From: Geosiphon pyriformis uo1
Lineage: Eukaryota; Fungi; Glomeromycota
NCBI GenBank assembly: GCA_016748015.1
Contig: JAAOMT010000620.1
Coordinates: 457,391 to 521,390 of the forward strand
Length of the DNA stretch: 64,000 bases
Direction: 5' to 3'
Shown: piece by piece, positions 13,977-24,600 of the stretch
How the letters are laid out: the number at the start of each line of letters is the position of its first letter
How positions within the stretch are numbered: the first letter of the stretch is position 1
Notes under the pieces: model-generated
What the model was told of the DNA's origin: nothing
Database searches by the model: none
What the model saw: only the letters and a program-made list of their open reading frames with translations
Translations under genes and position numbers: made by a program

Positions 13977-15096
13977 ATGGCGACCACACAACCCGATGCT
14001 GGCTCGAAAAATTGGCTCAAAGAGAGGGCTGCCATTTGTAAGTTCTGCCCATATTTGCACAATTCCTTCCACTTGCATAGTCTCCACCGAATTCAACACG
14101 AAAACCAAAATCTTGCGTAATGATTTTTACAAGCGCTATCAACGCATAATATACGTTCACTTACAACTAGCCGCGGCTCATAGACGACAAAAGACTGACC
14201 CAGCCGTAGCTCGGCTTATAGAAAAGGCAGATCAATTGCATAAAGAACGCACACAAAGACATTTACGTGAACCTGTCGAAGAGACAGACGAGAAGATGGA
14301 GGCTGGAGCTGATGCCCTTGTCAACGCAGTAATTGATGAGGGTTAGTTTCTTTTGATTCTTCTCTTTGGAATACCCTTTTTTATGCTTGTTCCTTAAACT
14401 AATTAAAACGATAATCAAAGAGACAGACGGGGAAGATATTGACGCAATAGTAAATGTACCACCTCCGGAGGAAATTGTTGTCAAAGGTAATTGAGCTATC
14501 TGATCTTGATTATAAAACAATATTATCTTAATTCTTATAAATTATAGGATTTTTAATGATTTTTTGCTCTTAATTAAGTCGCACCGAAACCATCCGTTAA
14601 AGAATTCACTAGTAATTCGGGCCATGGCAAAGAGACAAGCGAAGAGGTGTACCGTTCCTTTATGGAGACTGTTCTACAACAGACTTTAACGACTGACAAT
14701 TCCCTCGAGTTAAATTTTGATTTGAAACCTGAAGATATAGTGAAAGATGAAACAGATGAAGAAGGTAGGACATCATACTAGACAAATTAATAATTTTCTT
14801 CGGGAGGCTTACATTTATCTTCCCTTTATTATTTCTCAAAGAAATCGAGGAAGAATTTCAAGATAACAGTCAAGAGAGTCAAAATGAAACCGAAGATGGA
14901 GAAATAAAATCATTATCTGATGAAATGGAAAAATTCGAAGGTAAATTTGATTTAATTTTGGGCTTTGAATTTCTGCCTGATGTGATTAATCTTAAATTTT
15001 TAAAAATTCTTTTTCATTAAAGAAACAGAGGATAAAAAACACCAGCAAGCACCGAAGTTAGAGGAAGAAGACCGAGATGCTAATTCAACAGAATAA
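13977..15096 (+). CDS. Hypothetical acidic protein, ~248 aa; exons 13977-14037, 14081-14341, 14421-14486, 14579-14764, 14842-14940, 15023-15096
   Basis: Six exons with GT-AG junctions give an open 747-nt frame, with a basic helical N-terminus and an E/D-rich remainder. No family recognised. Intron 1 is unusually short (43 nt), so exon 1 is less certain. Confidence 0.65.
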
Positions 15097-15910
15097 TGAT
15101 AGCATTTTGCTTGAGATTTGTTTGACTTTCTTTATTAGAAATTGAGTTAAATTATTCCTATCAATAATACTAGACAACTCTTTGCTTTTTCATAGATTGG
15201 GGGCATTGCTCGCTATTGTTTAACTTATTCACACATACGTTTCTTCTCTTTCTTAGTTGGGAGACTAATATGACAGCAGGATTATCTATGATTAATTATT
15301 TCGATTTGATAACATTTGTCATCATAAAAATCTCATTTTCCCCCTTTTCCCATTACTCTCTTAATTTCTTGTTAGTATCATTTGATATCATTTAATTTCA
15401 ATATCTAATAGGTCTCAATGAATTTGACCAAAAGAGAACGAGTTTCCATTATCTGAGTTCAAAAGCATTCATCAAGAAAGCAATGATAGTGTGAATTTAT
15501 AATTTTGAGGTATTAATCCCTTCGATTAAGGATCATTACACATTCTGTCTTTTTTTGTTAATTCGATCAAGACTTTAAAAGCTTAATGATTGAACTTTTA
15601 AGCTAAACTTATAAGGATCAGTCTTTCCAGCAATTAGAAAACAAACATCGCTCTTCAAACAAAATATGAAATGAAGCCCTTTTGAATTGGGCAATACAAA
15701 ATCACTGAAAAGAAAAAGAAAAAATTTTTAGGTTTTAAACTAACTTTTTAACAACTTTTATTTTGCAAATATTACTCAAAGAAAAATTACTATCGTTTTT
15801 GTCTTGCTAACACAAAATATCTAAATTCTGGAAGTTATAGATTTCCTTAACATTATTTCTTTAAATCTATGAGATTTATTCCACCTTTAGATTTTTTACC
15901 TATTCTCTCA

Positions 15911-16598
15911 TCAGTAACGTTCACCACGGCTAGATCCTCCTTCACCAAATCCTGCGCCACCGAATCCTCCACCGCTACTTGATCCTTCGCCATATCTTCC
16001 ACCACCACCACCACCACCGAATCTCCCACTTTGCCCACTGAATCCGCCAGCACGAGGGCCACCATAGCTGCTGCCACCACCACCACCACCACCACCACCA
16101 CCGCTCATCTGTGCAGTGCCACGTTCTGATTCTGGTGGACCTTGGGCACTACATTTAAAGCAGCTTGAGCGGGAGGCGTAGTTATAAAAACTACAGCTAG
16201 GACATATCCAGTCGCCTGGTGCTATTTCTCGATCTTTTGGGACGGCCTTACATCCAAAACAATCAGAGCGATTGGCAAAGTTATGGGTTCCACATTCGGT
16301 ACAGGTCCAGTCACCGGGACGCTTGCGGTCATAAAGGTGTCGTTTCAAAACTTGAGGCTTCAATTAAAATTCATAAGTTAATTTCAAGCAAGGAACTAGG
16401 CAAGGACGACGCACAAAAAATTCCTCCGTTTTATAAAATATCTCTCATACATACCACCACAACACTCGGTACAAGACTTGGTCTGGTGTGTATAAATTGA
16501 GCTGAAGAACTCTGTGGCTGAAAGCCTTTGCTAATAAGAAATCGGCTAGCAAACGTACTAGAAAGACGCGTTTGTACTTTTATTATTGTTTTGATCAT
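15911..16598 (-). CDS. Tandem RanBP2-type zinc-finger, Gly-rich RNA-binding protein with putative mitochondrial presequence, ~196 aa; exons 16598-16455, 16357-15911
   Basis: RPGDWTCTECGTHNFANRSDCFGC and APGDWICPSCSFYNYASRSSCFKC, then a Gly/Arg/Phe-rich tail. Exon 1 (MIKTIIKVQTRLSSTFASRFLISKGF...) is joined by a GTATGT..AAG phase-0 intron. Confidence 0.85.
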
Positions 16599-19500
16599 AA
16601 TTTCCCTCCTGTAAACGAAAAAGAGAACAATAAAGGAGTTTTTTTTTATAGGATGGGATATTGAACCGCACCTACTGTTTAAATATTTCTTTGATAAAGT
16701 GCCAAAGGAAAAGTTTTTTTGTATCTACCAATCAATCACCAGAATTGAGTGATTTTAAAGCTAAAATATTACTCATGATGACAATGGGAACGATTCAGAT
16801 AGTTTAGTTAATCAACTTTTTGAGAAAAAAAAGGCAAAAAAAATTATATATACATCATATTAATAAATTAAAAAATCATTATCTTTAATGTTAATGTTTT
16901 TTTTATGTTATGTAACTAATAAAATATTTACTATTAAAGAATATATATCTAAATTTTGATTTTATTTAAATAATTATTTATTGTATAAAACAAAATAATT
17001 ATATTATAAGTGTAATTAGTTATAATTCATGTAATATTTATTTATTATATTTGTAATTTTATTATTTATTTTATTTATTTAAAACTTTAATACATGTACT
17101 TTTTTTTATGATAAATTTACTTTGAAAATCCAAATTTTTTTTTATAATTAATGCCACTTTAAAATTAGCAAATCTTGATTAATATTTTAAAATTAATTAA
17201 CTACTAATTTTAATAATAATTTAATTAATTCTAAATTTAAACAAATAATGTTTTTTTTATTAAAGCATTTTATTTTTTATATTTTTTTATATTATTAAAG
17301 AGTCTATAATCAAAATTTTTTATAAAAAAATTTATAGTTAAAAATTTTTGTAAAAGAATTAATTTTACTATAAAGTAATTATATTAAATAATTAACATAA
17401 ATAATTTAAAATATAAAAAGTAAATAAATTAACTTATTAAAAATTTAACAGTTTTTATTAACAATAAATTAATAACAAATTAATATTAATAATATTAAAA
17501 AAAAATAAACAAAAGTTTTGAGTTTTTTTAAAACTTTAATAGAATAAAAATTTATTTAAAGTAGTAATTATTTTTAATACAACAATTTTAAAGTATAAAT
17601 TTAATATTTTAAATGAAATTATAGTTTTAAAAAAATTTAATATATTATTTTAAAAAAAAACCAAAAAATTAAAATTATAAAATATTTAAATATTTATTTT
17701 TAAGAATTTGATTATAATATTATAAAGTTTTATAAAAAAACATTTTATTAACTTATAATTTTTACTTGAAAAACAAAAAAAAACTTTATAAATTAGCAAA
17801 ACAATTTACAATAAACTATTATAAGTAATTATATAAATTATTAACTTATAAATTAATATTAAAATTTGATAATATAATCTAAAGATTTTTGTTAATATAA
17901 AAACTTTAATAATTGAGTTTTTTTATAATAAACAAAGATTTAATTATAATAATTAACAATACTTTGTGTTTTATCTACTTAATATAATAATTAATTTATT
18001 TTAATATTTTTTATTTTTTAGTAAATAATTTAACTATTAATAAGTTAATTTTATACTTATTCTTGTATTTTTTATTAAATAATTTTTAATATTATAATTT
18101 TAATATTTTTATAATTAATTAATTTAAATAACAACAAAATAAAAAAATAAAAATAAAAATAAAAGAAATAATAAATAAAAAATTAGTATTTTATTAATAA
18201 TTATAATTATAAATTATTATTTTAGTATTATTAAATTCTTTAATAAATGCTATTAATATTTATAAATAATAATTTATATATTTTAATAATTTTAATAAAT
18301 AAGTTACTTGTAATAATTATTGTAACTTTTATTAAAAAATATTTACTTTAAATACTAGATTACTAATTTTTAAATTGAATTAATTATTTAAATTAATAAC
18401 TGTTTTTTTTGCTTTTAATATTGTTATTATATATATATAAATTCTTATAATATAAAATTTTTAAAAAAAAGTTTTTTATTTTTTTGCTATTTTTTTTTAA
18501 TATTTTTTTAACTAATAATTTTTTTGTTATAAACTTGAAAACTGTTTTAGACAATAGTATATTTAAGAAAAAAGCACTCAAAAAAGCTTTTTATGATCTT
18601 GTTGATGACTTTTTTTTCCAAAAAAAGAAGATTATTTTCAATAATATTAAACATTTTAGTAATAAAAAAAATATCTTCTTGGTCAAGCTTAGTCTTAGTA
18701 GTAGTATGTATTCAGATATAAACAGTAAATCTAATAATAGTAAAAACAGTAGTTTTATAACTGGTATTAATAGTGAGTTTTTTTTTGGTTTAGCTATTAT
18801 TATTTCTAAGACTAAAAAAGTGGTTTTTGGTATAATTTGTGACTTTTTTCTTGATTTTAATATGGAAAAAAAAGTAGAATCTCTTCTATCTCTCTTTAAT
18901 ATCTTATTAAACAGAAAATAAATTGATTTCAAAATAGTAAAAACTCCAATAGAAGTGTTGATCAGAAAATTTTTTGTCTTAAATATTAATTTTTTAACTA
19001 TAAAAGACAAATTAGTAATGACAAAAACTCAGCTTATTAGGAAGATTTTTGCATTAATTAATGGTTTTAGAAGAACTACTACTTTCTCAAAATTTGAAAA
19101 GATTATTAAATCAACATTTATATTAGAAAAAAGCATAAAAAAAGCCATTTTATTAAATGAAAAAAAAGGTATTATTATAAACAACAATATCAAAAAACAA
19201 AAAATACATTTAGATTAGACTGTAATAATTAAAAAAATTTTATAAATATGCTAAAAAAAATAATTGTTACAGCTTTTTCTAAATTTGGTCAAATAATGTT
19301 AATTTAATTGCAATTAATTAGGCTATGACAAAAGACTGTAATAGAATTTGCTAAATTGGTTTAAGCAGATTAATTAGTAGTTAAATAATTATTCTTAATT
19401 AGAAAAAATTCAGTATATATAACAAAGGCCATAGGAGATTGCAATATTTAAATGTCTAAAAATCAATTTAGAGCACTTTTATTTATTTTTTTTATAGAAA

Positions 19501-19831
19501 CAACTATTTATAATCTTGATGCTTTATTAAAAAAAGCTGGTAAGAAAACTTGTATTATAAATTAATCATTTAAAAATGACAATAAAATTTATTATGCTGT
19601 AATTAATTTTAAAACAAATAAAAAATTAAAGTTTGCCTTTTATACAGAGTTAATTTTTGATGAAGTAAAACTTTTTTAGACTAAAATAGATTTGGCTTAA
19701 TGTAAAAAATATAAGCAGTTTGAATATTTAGTTCTTAAATATAATGCTTTAAGTGCTTCTATTTTTTCTCTAAAAATCTATAAAAAAGTTGTTTTAAATA
19801 AAAATCATTTTCAATTAGCCAAATTATATGC

Positions 19832-20859
19832 TGTTATGGGTAAACTTGGTGAGTATGGGAAATGGTAACGTTTGGTGCTCTCAATTATTGATGATGCATC
19901 TTCCGCATAATTCTGTTGGCTTAGTCTTGATTATCAGTCTTTGAAAATCTATTCCTGGATGTGATTTTACCTATTGAATTCTTTGGTTATAAGGCACAAA
20001 GTTTGTCTTTCATTGATTACAACATTTTCCATAAATGTGAGCTTTCTTCTTTGAGCTAACAAGCACAGTCATTAGAGTCTGGCATTGTCTTTTTGCCCTT
20101 CTGGTAAGCTAACAAAATAATGTTAATATCCAAAACTTAGGGAGAGCTTCCCTCTTTTACCAGACTATCATGAAGTTTATTTCCAGACAGTCAATTTTAC
20201 TATGTTGTCGCTCCACAAAAAATAAGAAAAAAAAAGAAAAAAAAAGAAAAAAAAAAAGAAAAGATAAATTAGTATTGTTAATTGCCATAATCAAAAGTGA
20301 TTGATCTAAATTATTAATTGTTTAAGGTGGTTATGCTAAGAGCATCTGTCCTAGAATAAAGATATGAGACAAGGATTAATTCATGTAAATTCCACAAAGT
20401 TTGAGAACATAAATTCATGATTCTGATTTTTTTAATAATTGGTTTATTTCAGAAGATGAAATAGGGAAGATAATAAATGATGAAGAGGTAAGGAAATTTG
20501 ATTCTTGTCTAGAGGTTCATATCTATTTGTCCTTTTTTCTACCTTCTACTACTACTTGCTTTTATATATTCTTTTGGTTTTACAGGATTGCTTTTAATTG
20601 TTTCGCTATCACTAGCTATTGCTTTGTTATTTCTGTTATTGCTTCATTTTTCTATGTTATCACTAGTTATCCTATGTTATAACACGTTATCTAACATTAT
20701 TACATGTTATTCTGTATTATCCTACGTTATAACATGTTATTCTATGTTATAATGCATTATCCAATGTTATTGTGCACTATTCTGTATTATGTCACATTTT
20801 GGTCATGTTTTGGTCACGTTTCTTCATAACTTTGGATTGGTTTTTCTACTCAGGTAACA
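19832..20859 (-). repeat. 3' LTR
   Basis: TGTTA...TAACA; roughly 90% identical to 28916-29937. Confidence 0.95.
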
Positions 20860-20875
20860 TTATCCCTCTTTTTTT
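20860..20875 (-). other. Polypurine tract
   Basis: AAAAAAAGAGGGATAA on the minus strand, abutting the 3' LTR. Confidence 0.85.
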
Positions 20876-21668
20876 AGAATTGAGCTTCTGTGAAATCATA
20901 TGTATCTGTTCCTATGTCTTTATTTGTGTAATGTTCAATGATTGTGTTGAGTATTGTTTTTTATAGGTCTTTAAACTGTTGATTGGTAATTCGTCCTATA
21001 TTGTTAACTGTTATTGTCTTTATTGATCCATACAACAGTACGTTTGGACAATGTTAGAAAGCGGCGTGTAGTCGGTATGCTGCTTTGTAATATAGAGTCA
21101 AGTTGTTTTTCCCTATGAACTTTTCTACTTATTGTATTGCTTCTTTGTTGAACGTTTTCTAGCTAAGGTTTTTGTATGGTGTTTTCAAATCAAGCTGTTC
21201 TTCAATTTTGTAGAACCAATATGCTAGAGGAAGTCTTTCTTTTCATTCCTGGGCGTTGTCAAGTGTCTACTCTCCTGTTTTGGGAAGTTTGGTCTCACGA
21301 GCTAAAGCTTTTTTTATTTCTTTAAGCTCAGGGACCAAGTATCTTCTTTTGTAATCTTTTTCTTGTTCTTTGCCTCTTTTTTCTCCACCTTCTGCCCAAA
21401 GGCAATTTTTCCTTCAACATTGCTTTTTGAGTAATGGGTAAAGGAGAGAACGTTTAGTTCTAATTGAACTCTCATCCTTCTCTCTCCTGCTCTTATCTTT
21501 GTACTGTATTTCTTTTTTATCAATTGTTATTTTTATCTGAGCAGAAAATTTTTGAATTGTTTCAAATAATTGTTTAGATAATTTTAAAATTTGATCTGAA
21601 AGGTCCATGTTGAAATTTCTATCATTTCTTGCTGCTTTTTGGATGCTATATATATTTGAATTCTCCAA
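20874..21668 (-). pseudogene. Extra ORF between pol and 3' LTR (~265 codons, 7 internal stops, no frameshift)
   Basis: The frame of ORF 21414-21668 continues to a TAA at 20874-20876 next to the PPT. Each internal stop is one transition from Trp/Gln/Arg. First ATG at 21608. Confidence 0.6.
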
Positions 21669-21688
21669 TTTAATTTGCTGTCCATTGT

Positions 21689-24600
21689 CTATATTTCAAT
21701 GATAATAATTGGTTTCAGATCTCGTGGTATATCTTCTGGTCTGATTAATGAAATTTGTGTTCCTAGTTGAGATACTGATAACGATGATTCCTGTTTTGCA
21801 TGATAAATTTTTAACCAATTTCCATGTGCTACTTTCTTTAAAATTCTGTCTTCCAATCATAGTTTGTAAGCTCCATTTCCTAAAGCTTCGTGTATGTGGA
21901 ATGGACCATCCCACTTTGGGTTGAACTTTCCACTCCACTGTTTCTCAGCTTTTGTACAATGTAATAGTACTTAGTCTCCAATCTTGAATTCCATTGGTTG
22001 TTCAGGCAGACAATTGTCATGTCTTTTTTTTTACCATTTTTGAGCATTACTAATATTATCAACTGCTGTTCTTCAATTGTTTTCTAACGTTTCCATTAAC
22101 TGGTATGTTCTTTGGTGTAAGGTAGCTTCAAAATTCTTTTTGGTAATTGTTTCTGTTGGATAGGACAATATTTTTCATTTGATAGGTAATGTCACTTTTC
22201 TTTCATAGACTAGTTCGAATGGTGTGAATTGTGTCATATTTTGTTTTAGTGTTTGATATGCAAAGAGTATTGAAGGTATGAATAAGTCTCATTCTTGTTT
22301 GTTCTCTTGACTTATTTTTGCTACTGCTTTACAAAGTGTTTAGTTAAATTATTCTACCAGTCCATTTGTTTGTGAGTGGTATGGTAATGATAGAGGATAT
22401 TTTATACCAAACCGTTGGCTTAATTCTGTTAGTGTATTATTGATGAAATGTGTTCTTTGGTCGGATAGCAATTCTTTTGGACATCCATGTCTGCAAATTA
22501 GATCTTGGTGTACAAATTCAGCTACTGTTTTGGCATCAGCTACTTGGATTGCTCTAGCTTCTGGCCATTTTGTAAGATAGTCTACAGCTACAGCAATGTA
22601 CTGATTTTCTTTAGATGTAATTGAAAGAGGACCAACCAAATCAATCCTAATTCTATCAAATGGATTTCCAACTGGAATGAGTTGAAGTGGTTTTGTTAAT
22701 CTTGCTCCTCCTCTTTGCTGACATGTGTCACAATTGAGCATGTATTCGAAAATGTCTTTGTACATCATTGGCCAATAGTATAAATTTAGTGTTCTTTCGA
22801 GAGTAGCATCTTTGTTAAAGTGTTCTAACATCGGATCTGAGTGCATGCTATATAATATAGTTTTTCTTTCACTGTTCTTGATTAGTCATTGTGGGGTGGG
22901 GTGGTTTCGGCGTTCTCATTAATATAGTTGGTTGTCTTGAATAAAATAATTTCAGGCTTGTTTTCATATGGTACTTTGTTCCTGTTGAGATAATATCTTC
23001 TTGAAACATAGTGTCGATAGGTACTAATATAGTTGTTGATAAGTAAGTGTGTTTATGGGTCTGAGATTAGGTTTGTGACATCCTCAACAAACTGTCAGCA
23101 TTGGTGTTTTTGGATCTTTCCTTGTAATAAACTTTGAGTGAGAATTGTTATAGATAAGTACTCCATCTTGCATATTTTTCTTCTAGTTGTGGATTGTTGA
23201 GTAACCAAATAAGTCCTTTGTGGTCAGTATATAAGTCAAATGATTGATTGAGATAATGTTTCCAAGTCTGTATGGCCCAATAAATGGCAAAACATTCCAG
23301 ATCTGTTGTGCTGTAATTTTTTTCTGCTGGACTTGTGTTACAATTGGCATAGGCAACTGGATGTTCTCTATTGTCTGGTCCTATCTGTAATAAGACTACT
23401 CTTAGAGCATTTTTTGAGACATCTGTAGCAACAATAAACTGTTTAGTAAAATCCAGGTAAATTAGAATTGGAAATGTGATCAATCACTGCTTGAGATAGT
23501 CAAATGCCTTCTGTTAATCTTCTTTCCACAAGTACAGTACATATTTGGACAACAAATAATGGAGTGGTTTTGCGATGTTCAAGAAATCTTTGACAAATTG
23601 ACAATAATATCTTGCCAATCCTAAAAATCCTCATAATTTTTTGAAGTTGATTGGGGCTGGAAAATCCTTGACTTTTTGGACCTTATCTGGATCAAATTTG
23701 ATTCCATCTTTGCCAATTACATGTCCTAGAAATTTTAACTTGGTTTTTCCAAAGAAGCATTTATCGGGGTTGAGTTTTAATTTGGCATTACGAAGACGTT
23801 CAAAGACTTGTTGCAGATAGAGCAAATAATCATCAAACATTTTAGAGAAGACATTGGTGTTGTTTAGATATACTACAACTGATTTCCACAGGATTCCTTT
23901 GTATACAATATTTATGAGGTGTTGGAACATGATGAGAGTATTGCAAAGTCCAAAAGACATTATGTTAAACTCAAAGTTTTTGTCTCAAGTGGTGAATGCT
24001 GTTTTTTTTTTGTCTTTGGGATCCATTTCAACTTGCCAGTAACCACTTGCTAAATCTAATAACGAAAACCATTTTTTTTTCTCTAGACTGTCCAGAATTT
24101 CCTGAATGAGGGGAGTGAGATAACTATTTTCTCACATAATGCTGTTTAGTTTTCTGTAATCTACGCAGAATTGCACTTTTCCGTTTTTCTTGGTGACCAA
24201 GACTACTGAAGAGGACCAAGGGCTTAACAATTCTTTGATTAGACTGTTATCAAGCATCCGTTGCACTTCTTGCTTAATTAGGTTATCACCAAATGGAAGT
24301 ACACAGTAAGCTCATTGCTTAATCGGTCGAGTGTCTCCTGTATCAATCTAGTGCTTTATGATGTCAGTGTGTTCAAACTCATTTTTACTGGCAAAGACAT
24401 CAGCATACTGATTCAGAAGAATTTTGAGTTGCATTTGTTGCAGGGTACTTAAGTTTCCTAAATTCAATTTATTGATCTCTTCTGATGTGAACAAGTAACT
24501 TTCTTTTGGCAAATTCTATACTTGTGAGGTAATGTCACAAAATAAGAATAATTGTGCAAAATCTGGAATGGACTGGAGTTTTTCAGGATTCTAAATATCT

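Noticed and set aside
15853-16101. Val-rich 82-aa ORF and (CCA)n repeat
   Set aside because: Alternate frame of the poly-Gly codons in the RanBP2-finger gene.
20651-20790. Regular short repeats as a CRISPR array
   Set aside because: 10-bp period with no spacers, inside an LTR, in a eukaryotic context.
20874-21668. Extra Gypsy ORF as an env gene
   Set aside because: No signal peptide or transmembrane segment is visible.
21689-21900. Chromodomain at the integrase C-terminus
   Set aside because: pol ends about 70 codons after the GPF motif, with no chromodomain aromatic pattern.
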